This document shows positions 10,562 to 22,412 of a DNA stretch of 64,000 bases, one piece after another; position 1 is the first letter of the stretch, and each line of letters starts with the position of its first letter. This stretch comes from Eledone cirrhosa (Eukaryota): positions 350,610,001-350,674,000 of the forward strand of contig OZ024743.1 in assembly GCA_964016885.1 (NCBI GenBank). Reading direction: 5' to 3'. A program made the position numbers and the translations under genes. The notes under the pieces were generated by a model, which was not told the origin of the DNA, did not search any database, and saw only the letters and a program-made list of their open reading frames with translations.

Positions 10562-12830
10562 CATCATTATCATCATCATCACCATTTTACGTTCGTTCTT
10601 CCAAGCTACCATGGGTTAGACAGATTGTCCTATTGTGGGCTGTGTCCGGTCAGCTGACCATGTCTTGCTCATACGGGAACTGATTTTGACTTGATTTCTA
10701 CAGCTGGATGCCCTTCCTAACATCAACTTCATTTACAGTGAGAGCTGGGTGTTTATTTCCCGTGGCGCCCACACGTCCACTTTACAGTGTGGGCTGGGTT
10801 CTTTTTTGCCATGGCACCTCCACAACCACTTTGCAGTGAGAGGGGGTGGGGTATATTGTCTATATGCTTCAGCTTCGGCTTGTACCCGTGGGGTGTCGGA
10901 TCTTCTGTATTACTGCATGACGCCAGAGGTCACATTTGTGTGTCATCGCCTTTGAGAGGTGCAATTGCGTAAGGTCGGCTTTTATCACCTCATCCCAGGT
11001 ATTCTTGGGTCTCCCCACTCTGCAGCTTCCATCGACTTCTTGTGCTCTGCACCTTTTTATGCAGCTGTCATCCTTCATATGCATCACATGTCCATACCAA
11101 TGCAACCTCCTCTCCCGCACACAACATTTGATTCCTCTTATGCTCAGTTTCTCTCTCAATTTATTTATGCTTTGCCGTTCGCGTATATTACTGTTACACA
11201 TCCATCGGAGCATGAAGGCTTTGTTTCTTTCTAATCTGCACAAGTCTTCTACAGACAGTGCCCAGGTCTCACTACCATGTAACATTGCTGTTCGTATACA
11301 CCCATCATACAGTCTGCCTTTCATTTTGAGGGAAAAGCCTTTTGCAGCTAGCAGTGGTAGTAGTTCCCTAAACTTCTTCCATCCCGTTCTTACCCTAGTT
11401 ATTGTACTTTCTGAGCACCCACCTCCGTTGCTAATTCGGTCACCTAGGTAGCAGAAGCTGTCTACTGTTTCTACAGAGCCCTCCCAGAGTTTGGTGGTAC
11501 TTGTTTCCTGTGGCCGTTTGCTTTGCTGTTCCAGTGCAGCTGCTACATGTGAAGCCTACACTCTTAGTTAAGCTTCCTGAGATCCCACTACATCTCTTGT
11601 GTACCCATTTTTTGCATTTGGGGCAGAGGACAAAGTTCCTACCTACACCTTTCCTACATACTGAGCAAGGCCATTTCCCTGAGGGGGGGGGGGGGGGGGG
11701 GGGGTCTGGGTTCTGTTTTCTCATCTACTTACAAGGACCTTAGTCTTTGTCAGGTTGACTTTGAGACCCTTTCTTTCTAGTCCCTGCTTCGATGTTTGGA
11801 ATTTCTTCTCTAGTTCTCCCATAGATTCAGCTACAAGTGAGAGGTCATCTGCATTCAGGAGTTCTCACGGACATCCGGTCTTAAACTCCTCTGTTATTGC
11901 CTGCAAAACTATGATGAACAGGAGAGGGCTAAGAACAGAGCCCTGGTGGACACCGACCTGTATGTTAAATTCCTCGCTATAGTCATTAGTCATTGCTAAT
12001 CCTAACTTTGCTGACTGCTCCCCTATACATGGCTTGTACATCTTTCACAAGCCATTCATCTACTCCTAGCTTTCTAAGAGCCCACCAGATTATACCACGG
12101 GGGACTCTGTCAAAGGCTTTCTCCAGATCGACAAATGCCAGGTAGAGCGGCTTACTTTTAGCTAGGTACTTTTCCTGTAACTGCCTCACAAGGAAGAGGG
12201 CTTCAGTGGTGCTTTTTCCTGGCACAAACCCAAATTGCATCTCATCTAGTTTCACCCGGTCCCTAATCAACTGTGTTATAACTCTTTCCGTTACTTTCAT
12301 TACCTGGTCCATCAGCTTTATACCTCTATAGTTTCTTCTATCTAGTACATCACCTTTACCCTTGTAGCAGTTGACAATGATGCTGCTGCACCAATCCTTT
12401 GGTATGACACCCTCTAGTATTACCTGGTTACCAATACGTGTGGTGATGGTGTGAACTACCGACCCAGATGCCTTCAGCATCTCGGCAGCTATACTCGATG
12501 GACCAGTTGCCTGTCCCGTCTTCATATCTTTGATTGCCTTACTTACTACACTGCTGCTGACTTGTACTGCTGGCCTCTCTATAGGGTCTACTTGGGGTAG
12601 GGTTTCTTTTTCCCATGCATTCTCCTCATTTAGTAATCTTTCATAATGGCTCTTCCACACATCTTTCTTCTCAGCACTTGTGAGGGCGAGCTCACCTTTA
12701 TCATTCCCGATACACTTCTCTCCAATGACATCACAATTCTCTCTGACACACTGCCTCGCAATCTTGAACACCTGTTTCTGGCCCTCACGTTGCAAAACAT
12801 GCTTGAATTTTCTATCCTCCACTTGCCTTC
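10561..12830 (-). mobile_element. RTE LINE (family A) RT and 3' part
   Basis: NYRGIKLMD, QFGFVPGKST, FVDLEKAFDRV, GVHQGSVLSPLLF, a Cys-rich insert, MLHGSETW, RRLHWYGHV, and a (GAT)n tail. Confidence 0.93.
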
Positions 12831-12844
12831 TATATATATATATA

Positions 12845-13066
12845 CACAAGATGGTGCTGAAAAGTTCCTGGATTTGAGTAAAAGAAAATACATGAGTATC
12901 AGAGTTAATTATGATTTTATTCAACATGTTCCCCTCTCAGATTCACACACATATTGCAGAGGTCCTATACTTTTCTAAGCCCTGTTAAAAAAACACGGAA
13001 ATTTGGGCCACCAACCAAACCTCTGTGGCAGTGATCAAACCAGGAACTTTTCACCACCACCTCATG
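12845..13066. mobile_element. Mariner-like MITE
   Basis: TIRs CACAAGATGGTGCTGAAAAGTTCCTGG / CCAGGAACTTTTCACCACCACCTCATG, each flanked by TA. Confidence 0.75.
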
Positions 13067-13087
13067 TATATATAATATATATATATA

Positions 13088-13735
13088 GGCATAAGAGGGA
13101 TCAGTTGTTGCATGCAGGAGAGGAGATTGCGTTGGTATAGACATGGTCCTTATGAAGGATGACAGCTGTATAAAAAGGTGCAGAGCGCTCAAAGTTGATG
13201 GTAACCGTGGAGTGAGCAGGCGTAGGAAGACTTGAGATGAGGTAATAAAAGCTGACCTTGCACAATTACACTTCACCAAGGGAATGACACAGAGCTGGGA
13301 CCTCTGGCGCTATGCAGTATTACAGAAGACCCGCCTTCTATTATTCTCGGGCTGAAGCTTATACCTAGTAGGCAAAACCTTCCTTAACCTTCTCCCTTCC
13401 CATACACCTCCCTTTGCGGTAACCATGCCTCCCCTATTACCTACGCCTGCAATTTCCCCAAGCTTCCTCCCCAACTCCCTAGTTCCAAGACAAAAGTGTC
13501 CAGTCCCCACTGTAAATTGGTCGTGTTGGTGACAACAAAAAGTGCCCAGTCTACACTGTAATGTGGTCGTGCAGGTGACATGCAAAAAGCACCCAGCACA
13601 CACTGTAAATGTCGTTGGCATTAGGAAGGGCATCCAGCTGTAGAAAACAAGCCAAAATCTGCCCTGGGTGAGCTAAACATGGTCCTCTGACCTGAATCTC
13701 TCCCTAAGGGTCAACCCATCCTACCTATGCTAGCT
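13088..13735 (+). mobile_element. RTE LINE (family A) 3' fragment
   Basis: Reverse-orientation match to the 10.6-11.2 kb region, including the TTAGGAAGGGCATCCAGCTGTAGAAA 3'UTR motif. Confidence 0.8.
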
Positions 13736-13739
13736 GTTT

Positions 13740-14257
13740 TTATCACCTAGGTAACAGAAGCTATCAACCTGAGCCTTCCTGAAATTGGAAAACATTTATT
13801 TTACTGATGCTCTTGCTACTAACTATCACTGTGCATCTGCCACATACAAGGTTTACCTTTTCTGTTTAGTCTGCATAGCATACCACTACACCTCTTGTGT
13901 ATCCAAGATTTGCATTGTGTACAATGTATAGAGTTACTACTTATTCCTTTTCTACATATTGTACAAAGCCACTTTCATGATGGGATCAGAGTCCTATCTT
14001 TTTTCTTGCTTACCAAAACTTAGGTTTTCCCAAGTTTATTCTAAGCCCTTTTGATTCAAAGTTCTGCTTCCAAAGCTGGAATTTCTTCTCTAGCTTTTCC
14101 ACTGATTTGGCTATAAGAACCAGGTCATTAGCATACAGGAGTTCCCATGGGTGACCTGTAAAGGCCTGGAGAACTGTAATAAAAAAAAAGTGGTCTGATG
14201 ATTGAACCCTGCACTCTGAATTCCTCACTAAACTCTTTACCTACTCTTACCTTACTA
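13740..14257 (-). mobile_element. RTE LINE (family A) RT fragment
   Basis: GHPWELLYANDLVLIA..KGLRINLGK on the minus strand. Confidence 0.75.
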
Positions 14258-14770
14258 AGTTTCCAACCCTTATAGTACCAACATAAAGCTGACCATGTGA
14301 CAGGATCTACCAAGTTCAACCCAACTTTTCTCAATGATTGCACTTGAAATTTATTGATGGCCATGGCAAATCTGAGTCTGAAAGGGAATCGAAGCCTTTG
14401 AAATTCAAATGGCAAATCAATTGACTTCAGAAGTATTCTGGGAATGAAAGAATTGTCACCATCAAATTTTCCTGACATGATTGTGGTTTCTAGTACATGG
14501 GTATCACATAGTTTTAAAGTATCTAGATTACAGTGTAGTATAACCAATGCTTCAAGCTTTAGTATCAAGTTGTATGGAGGAATTCCTGCCTGTTCAAAGC
14601 TGTTAAAAAATTCAGTTGGATAATTTACAATCTGGTCCAGGGAAGTGACTGTCTACTGATTTGTAGCATATTTTCTCTCCGGGTGACATGTCCAGTAGCC
14701 TTTTGTTGATTTCTTTCACAGTAATATTTTTCATTGCTAAGATTGCTCATTCACTGAGACATTTGGGATC
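14258..14770 (-). mobile_element. Helitron PIF1-like helicase C-terminal fragment (pseudogenic)
   Basis: LSE*AILAMKNITVKEIN..YPTEFFNSFEQAGIPPYNLILK..FIPRI..LPFEFQRLRFPFRLRFAMAINKFQVQSLRKVGLNL..SHGQLYVG matches the Helitron helicase motif V/VI region. Confidence 0.85.
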
Positions 14771-14796
14771 ACATTGTCTGATCTTAATGTTGGATC

Positions 14797-14975
14797 TAAT
14801 TGTTTCTACTTTAGGCACAAGGCCAGCAATTACCCAGTACATTACTGGTACTTTATTTTATCGACCCCGTAAGGATGAAAGGCAAAGTTAATCTCGGCGG
14901 GATTTGAACTCAGACTGTAAAGGGACGTAACTATGCTAGAAAGCATGGCGTCCAACCCTCTACCGATACTGCCAA
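14797..14975 (-). mobile_element. tRNA-derived SINE
   Basis: Near-full copy of the SINE at 2511-3075. Confidence 0.9.
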
Positions 14976-15489
14976 TAGAAAATAATGTTTTATTTAAAGG
15001 CTTTTTGGCAAGTGTTCCACTATCATTTCAAACATACTTTTTCCCCAGCCACACCTCAATTTTTTTAATGCACTGTCTCACAATCTGGAACACTTCACAT
15101 TTACGGTGTAGAAAATATCCTCTTTATGATTACTTGTGTGATGGCATGAAGTCTGTTCAATTCATGCCAGATAAGGAATGCAGATAGGAAACGATGATGC
15201 TTATAAATATGGGTGAGGCTTCCCAATAATATTTTGAGTCATGCTATATCTTTGTATTTACAATACGTCATAATGCAAACCAAAATCTACGTGTTTTGCA
15301 ACTCTAGGAATATAAAACAACAAACGGTTTAGCTTTTTATTCATAGCTGAATGGTTAGTAAATGAAACCGGATCTGGTTGAAATATTAACAAATCACTCA
15401 AACAACTGTAAATAATACAAAAACTAAAATATTCGTCCCACCACCCCCACCCCATCCACACCACCCCGTTCTATGTAAAGTTATGTTGG

Positions 15490-15772
15490 TGCCACGCCAT
15501 CCAGGCCGAAACAAATGAGATTGTGTAGGTGTCACGACAAAAAAACACACAGTCCACGCTGTAATGTGGCCGTGTAGGCAACACGGTAAAAACCTCCCAG
15601 ACCCACACTGTAAATGTGGTTGGTGTTAGGAAGGGCATCCAACTGTAGAAAACCTGCCAGACAGTCCTATGCGAGCAAGACAATCATTCTTGCCTCAAGT
15701 GGGAATACCCCCGTCCAAACCCATGCAAGCGTGGAACACGGACGTTAAACGTTGATGATGATGATGATGATA
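15490..15772 (+). mobile_element. Short retroposon matching the RTE family A 3' end
   Basis: GTGTTAGGAAGGGCATCCAACTGTAGAAAAC...CGGACGTTAAAC(GAT)n. Similar to copies at 21891-22220, 37845-38017 and 55850-56010. Confidence 0.8.
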
Positions 15773-16529
15773 TCATCATTATCATTGTTTTTATGTCAGT
15801 TTTTTCATCACACTCACTTGTCTCCGACGGGTCCTTTTCAACACAGCATCTCTTTACTTGCCACATCCCTTCATTATCTCCTCTGTGAGTAGATATCATT
15901 ATAAATTTTTTGAAAATATTTAAATCTAACTTCTAGTGTGTGTGTTTTTTTTGTAGAGCATCCAAAAATGAAACGTTTGTTACCTCATTTGAGAAATTTG
16001 GATGAATAGTTTAAGAAATATGACAATTTGAATTAGCCATATTTTTTATGTCATATCTTTGAAACTGAGGTGATAATCATCTTCAAATTACACAAAATAA
16101 TAGTTTACATGGGATAGCAGTTGCCTATTTTCTTCAGGTTCTTAAAAATGAAACACTTTTTTAGTAATTTTTAAAATATTTATGTAAAGCCTATTTTGTT
16201 GCATGCAACAAACAGTCAATATCACGACACAAACAAAAGCTTTTCATGTGTTTTCAGACCCAGCTAAATCCAAAAGTACAATCCACAATAACGCGTTTTG
16301 GTACATTTGTAGTTGGTATAGAACTAAATAAATTGTGAGATACAATTTCAATAGAATTTTAATGGACTCTTAAAAGTGGCTATAAACAGTTAAATTACAG
16401 TGATTAAAGGCCATCGCAAGCTTTTCAAGCATTTTCAGACTATATTGTGATCCATTATCTGTAGGGTGCTCAGTTTTGATACACTGGTATGGGGTATAAA
16501 ACTGAATTGTCTCTGTAAGTTTGGAGCTT

Positions 16530-16808
16530 TACAATACATTTAATGAGTCTCAGCGATTTGAGATCAACTCTCAGCACCTCTGCCCAGGTCTTCTTTAGTC
16601 TACCTCTACTGCAGCTTCCTTCCACAGGGATTTCCTGGCACTTCTTGACCCAGCAATCATCATCCATGCACTTCACATCTCCATACCAATGCAGTCTTCT
16701 CTCTTAAACCCAGTTTTTTCCTCAGTTCATCCAAGCTCTGCCTTTCTCTCACATTTACATTGCACATTGAATTAAATCATGGTTGCTTCATTTCTCTCCG
16801 GCTTAGAC
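16530..16808 (-). mobile_element. RTE LINE C-terminal fragment
   Basis: WVKKCQEIPVEGSCSRGRLKKTWAEV motif. Confidence 0.7.
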
Positions 16809-17981
16809 ATGTCCTGTAGTTGCCCAGGAAGCCCTTAGCAACTGCCTTGAAACAGTTCCATACTGTTCTCTCAATCCTATTGAGCTTATTGGAGAACTTG
16901 GTAGACTCAAACGCCTTCTTTATCTGAGGTCCAACAAAAATTCCACCTTTGATTTTGGCCTCAGTTAACTTGGGGAAGAACTCAAGAAGGTACTTAAAAG
17001 CAGCTGATTCTTGGTTGAGAGCCTTCACAAACTGCTTCATCAACCCCAACTTAATATGCAGTGGCAGCATGAGCACAATCCTGGGATCAACCAGTGGCTC
17101 CCACATGATGTTCCGGGTCCCAACTACAAATTCTGTTCGCTGCTCCCAGTTCTTTCTTTTGTAGTGGTCAGAGGTGGCTCTGCTGTCCCAAAGGCAGAGG
17201 AAGCATTGGAATTTGATAAAGCCTCCTAGGAGTTCAAGCAGGAAAGCCACCATCTTAAAGTCTCCAATGATTTCCCAATTGTACTGGTTGTATTGCAGAG
17301 CTTCCAAGAGGACTTTCACACTGTAATAATCTTCCTTCAGGCAGACTGAATGAGCTAGGGGCAGTGTCGGGAACTTGTTTCCATTGTGGAGGAGGACAGC
17401 CTTCAAACTTGTGGTGGAGCTGTCTATAAATAGCCGCCACTCCTTGGGCACAAACGGCACCCCAATAACGTCAAACAGTCCAGGCACGTCATGGTAGATG
17501 CAGAGGCCATCACTAAGAGTGTAAAAGCCTGAGAAAGGTTTGTGTCGACTTCTCTGACTTGTCACCTGCACTTCCTCCTTGACCAAGTTCCACTGCTTCA
17601 TCCTGAAGATGAATGCTTAAAACACAACTTACCCTTTATTCAGGGTGCGAAAATCCAGTATCAATAAATCTCTTTAATCCACTTTTTAACAATTTTATAC
17701 TTTATTGCACTTTTATAATTTTCTTTAGGTATTACTCTTTATTTTATAATTTTAATTTAACCTGAAACATATATAAAAAAAATCATTTAACATAAGCAAA
17801 TTAAACTTACATACAACGTAAAATCCAGCATACAAATAATTCTAGTGAATAGCTTAGAATTTTTACAAACCCAAACTTTTAACTGTTTAATAGCACTTTT
17901 TTATTTATTTGGGACCTAAGCAACACAAAAAAAGTGATTACAAGCCAGGAACAGAGAAAAAAATGTTTTTGTTACATGGTG
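16809..17981 (-). mobile_element. Chapaev3-like (CMC superfamily) DNA transposon, internally deleted and 3'-truncated
   Basis: ORF 16777-17601 carries WRLFIDSS..SLKAVLLHNGN, IGDFKM, CFLCLWDSR and LPLHIKLGLMKQFVKAL. The minus-strand terminus CACCATGTAACAAAAAC at 17981 is flanked by TAA. Family assignment is from memory of Chapaev3 motifs. Confidence 0.75.
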
Positions 17982-18007
17982 TAATCAGCATACAGGAGTT
18001 ACCATAG

Positions 18008-19615
18008 GCATCATCATCATCACCATTTTACGTCTGTTCTTCCACGCTAACATGGGTTAACCGGGTTGTACTGTTGTAAGCATTGTCCGGTCGGCTGACC
18101 TTGTCTTGCTCATACGGGAACGGATTCTGGCTTGATTTCTACAGCTGGATGCCCTTCCTAACACCAACCTCATTTACCGTGAGTGCTGGGTGCTTTTTTT
18201 CCGTGGTGCCTACACGTCCACTTTACAGTGTGGGCTGGGTGCTTTTTTGCCATGGCACCTCCACGACCACTTTGCAGTGGGAGGGTGTGGGGGCATATTG
18301 TCTATATGCTTCAGCTTTGGCTTGCACCCGTGGGAAGTCGGGTCTTCTGTATTACTGCGTGACGCCAGAGGACATGGTCGTGTGACATCACCTTTGAGAG
18401 GTGCAGTTGGATAAGGTCGGCTTTTATCATCTCATCCCAGGTCTTCTTGGATCTCCCCACTCCGCAGCTTCCATCGACTTCTAGTGCTCTGCACCTTTTT
18501 ATGCAGCTGTCATCCTTCATACGCATCACATGTCCATACCTACGCAACCTCCTCTCCTGCACACAGCATTTGATTCCTCTTATGTTCAGTCTCTCTCTCA
18601 ATTCGTTTATGCTTTGCCGTTCACATGTATTACTATTACACATCCATCAGAGCATGCAAACTTCGTTTCTTTCTAATCTATGCAAGTCTTCTACAGACAG
18701 CGCCCAGGTCTCACTAACATGTAACATTGCTGTTCATATACACGCATCGTACAGTCTGCCTATCATTTTGAGGGAAAAGCTTTTTGCAGCTAGCAGTGGC
18801 AGTAGCTCCCTGAACTTCTTCCATCCCATTCTTACCCTAGTTATTGTACTTTCCGAACACCCACCTCCGCTGCTAATTCAGTCACCTAGGTAGCAGAAGC
18901 TGTCTACTGTTTCTATAGAGCCCTCCCAGAGTCTGGTGGTGCTTGTTTCCTGTGGCCGTTTGCTGCTTGCTGTCCCAGCACAGCTGCTACATGTGAAGCC
19001 TACATTCTTAGTTAAGCTCCCTGAGATCCCACTACCTTCTTTTAAACTCTTTTGTTATAGCCTGGAGGACAATAATAAACAGGAGAGGGCTTAGGACAAA
19101 GCCTTGGTGGACCCCAACTTACACACTAAACTCCTCACTATAGTCATTATTAATGTTGACCTTGCTGACAACACCTCTGGCTTGTTCTTCCTTCACTAGC
19201 CACTCTTCTACTTCTAGTTTCCTAAGTGCCCTCCAGATTACAAAATGGGGAACCTTGTCAAAATCTTTCTCTAAGTTGACAAATGCTAAGTAAAGAGGTT
19301 TGCTCTTAGCCAGATACTACTGCAGTTGCCTCACAAGGAAGAGGGCATCTAGGTGCTTTTTCCTGGCGCAAATCTGAACTCCATCTCATCTTGGTTAATT
19401 CAAACCCTAATCAGTTGTACAATGACTCTTTCTGTAACTTTCATTACCTAGTCCATCAGTTTGATGCCATGGTAGTTTCTTGTGTTTAACGCATCACCTT
19501 TGCCCTTGTAACAGTTGACAATGATGGTGCTATGCCAGTCATTGGTTATGGTGTGTCTTACCATCCCACATACTTTCAGCATCTCAGCAACTATTCCTGA
19601 TGGCCCCACTGTTTT
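18008..19615 (-). mobile_element. RTE LINE (family A) 3' part with internal deletions
   Basis: Close paralogue of 10561-12830 (RRLRRYGHVMRM, NYHGIKLMD), with a (GAT)n tail. Confidence 0.9.
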
Positions 19616-19632
19616 GATATATATACATGCAT

Positions 19633-19692
<60 letters not shown>

Positions 19693-20206
19693 TAATCCCA
19701 CGTTTATCGAGGGGGATACGTTCCAGAATCAACCGCGATATAGAGAGACCATAAAGACAACTGTTGTTTTCATAGTTTAAGCCTTAAAATGTCTCTCCTA
19801 CACGCTTTAAGTACATATAAACTCATTAAAACACACCTTTGTATTTAAACACCAAAAACAGCCAGTAACGATTGTTTAGAAACTACCACCAACGATTGTA
19901 CCACTAGTTATCAACAACGACCATTACCAGCCACGTTAGCCACTTGGTAATACATTACACGTCTCCAGTCTATCTATGAAGGATTTGTAGTAGGTTAGGG
20001 AAAATCACAATCAGTAAAACAGTAATGAAATGAAAAATAAAAACATTTTTTTATAGTTAAAGCCTTAAGATGCCTTTTCCTTACACCAATGGTCGCCAAC
20101 CTTTCTAAAACCGAGGAACCCTCTAAATATTTTGAATTCTTCACGGAACCTATACAATACAAAACTTTTCAAAAAAAATAATAAAGTATTTATTTATTTT
20201 AGTGTT

Positions 20207-22412
20207 TCATGCGTGTGTATGTAATCGAACACAATGGCTTTTCTGCTGCTGCGCCTCATCAGTGAGTTTAGAAAATCGAGGTCCAACACTAGTTAATGCC
20301 AGTCTCATACACTCGTCAATTGCTGACAGTTTATTCCTCTTTGTGCAGATTTCCACCAACTCGGAAAACCCTTTTTCGCACAAATTACTAGATGGGAATA
20401 AAGTCAAATACTTCAATGCAAGTTGGCTGATTTCATTAAACTTCCCAATCAAGAATAAGTCGATCCATAGTTCTTTCTTTCTGCTTTCGAATATCACTTT
20501 CAGGTCTTCGTTTGAATTCAAATCCATCAACTGATGTAAGCATTGAGCAGGTAGTAAATTTTTACAATTTGCAGCGTCATTTTCTGACACTAACTGCTCG
20601 ATCTCGGTGAACGGGTTTTTTATCCATAAATTTCCGCTAACAATATCTTTTTCCATCAAGTTAAAATAATCTGAAAAACCTGTGGAAAGCACATTTAAAT
20701 GAGAAAGAATAATCTTCTTTAGATTGCTGGAGTCAAAATTTTCTCTCTTTTTCAATTCTTTTTATAAAGATGTTTAATTTTGATTGAAAATATGTAATAA
20801 AATTGATTGAAGTAAAAATATCTGCATTGTTACCCTGAAGACACTTATTTAGTTTGTTCAGTTCACCAAAAATATCTACTAAATAAGCGAGTTGCACATT
20901 CCATTCATTAGTTTCTAATACACTTGCTCTTTCATCATTCTGTTTTTTTAGAAAAACTATTATTTCTTCTCTCAGTTCAAAAACTCTCTTCATAGCATCC
21001 CCAAAAGACAGCCAATGCACATCATTGTTCAATAACAATCTATTATAATTACTTCCAGAAGATTCACAAATAGATTCAAACATTCTAGAATTTTTTGCTC
21101 TTGCATGGATCAAATTGATAATTTTGACAATGTCTTTCAGCTGGTCATTTAATATTTGAGCATCTCTGTCTTTGAATTTTTTTTAACACAAAACCTCTCG
21201 ATGAATCATACAATGATTTGAAATACAATTTGGGGTCTGTTCTTTAATTTTTGCAATCAAACCAGAATTTTTACCAGTCATTGCAGCTGCTCCATCTGTT
21301 GTTATTGAAGTCAACTTGCTCCAAGATACACCATTTTTTAAAAAATACTCTTCAATGTTATTGAATATATCTTGACCTTTAGTTGTGATGTCTAATGCCA
21401 GACAAAACAAATACTCTTCTACTAATTCTTTTTTATCAAGGTCTACAAACCGTACATAGCAAATTAATTGAGCCTTGTTATTAATATCCGTAGTTTCGTC
21501 CACTTGCAGTCCAAAACATGGGCTTTTCTTTAGTGCAGTTAGTATCTGATTTTCTATATCAGAAGAAATATCAATTATCCCTCTTTTTACGGTATTTGCT
21601 GACAATGGTAACTGGCTTAATTTTTCTTTGTCCTTAATACTGCAGCTTTCAAAAAGATTCTCTGTAGCAATTTTTATACTTGGCAGAATTAACTGTTCTC
21701 CTAATGTAAATGGTTTCTTGTTTTTACCAATCAAATGTGAAATCTCAAAAGATGTTCTTGTTAAAGCTTTATTTCTATCTGACTTTTTACAAAACAAGTC
21801 ATACATATTAGCTTGTGAGTTTTTAATGTTGTTTTTCAGTGAAGTAAAGTATTCCAGTGACTTGTTTTTATCATTGGTGTGATTCACAGTCCACGCTGTA
21901 AATGTGGCCGTGTAGGCAACACGGTAAAAACCTCCCAGCCCCACACTGTAAATGTGGTTGGTGTTAGGAAGGGCATCCAGCTGTAGAAAACCCGCCAGAC
22001 AGTCCACGCTGTAATGTGGCCGTGTAGGCAACACGGTAAAAACCTCCCAGCCCCACACTGTAAATGTGGTTGGTGTTAGGAAGGGCATCCAACTGTAGAA
22101 AACCCGCCAGACAGTCCTATGCGAGCAAGACAACCACTCTTGCCTCAAGTGGGAAAACCCCCGTCCAAACCCATGCAAGCGTGAAACACGGACGCTAAAC
22201 CTGATGATGATGATGATGATGATGTGTCTTTTAAGTTTTGCAGGATTTAAACAGCTATTTGATAGAACTTTTGAACATAGCAAACACATGGGCTGATCTG
22301 GTGTATCTTTTTTAGTGTCAGCTTTTTGAAATCCATATCTAACATAATCATCACACCACTGTCTAACCTTACTGCTGGTATCTAACTTCAGCTTCTTTGC
22401 AGTAGACATCAT
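20207..22412 (-). pseudogene. hAT transposase (BED finger and DDE), with two frameshifts and one in-frame insertion
   Basis: CLLC..LKRH BED finger, QVDETTD, TTDGAAAM, HCMIHRE, VHWLS, LAYLVDIF and LCEKGFS. Frame changes occur near 21185 and 20745. Confidence 0.9.
21891..22220 (+). mobile_element. RTE-tail retroposon with an internal duplication of about 113 bp, inserted in the transposase
   Basis: Matches the 15490-15772 element and has a (GAT)n tail. Removing it restores RHITVNH. Confidence 0.88.
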
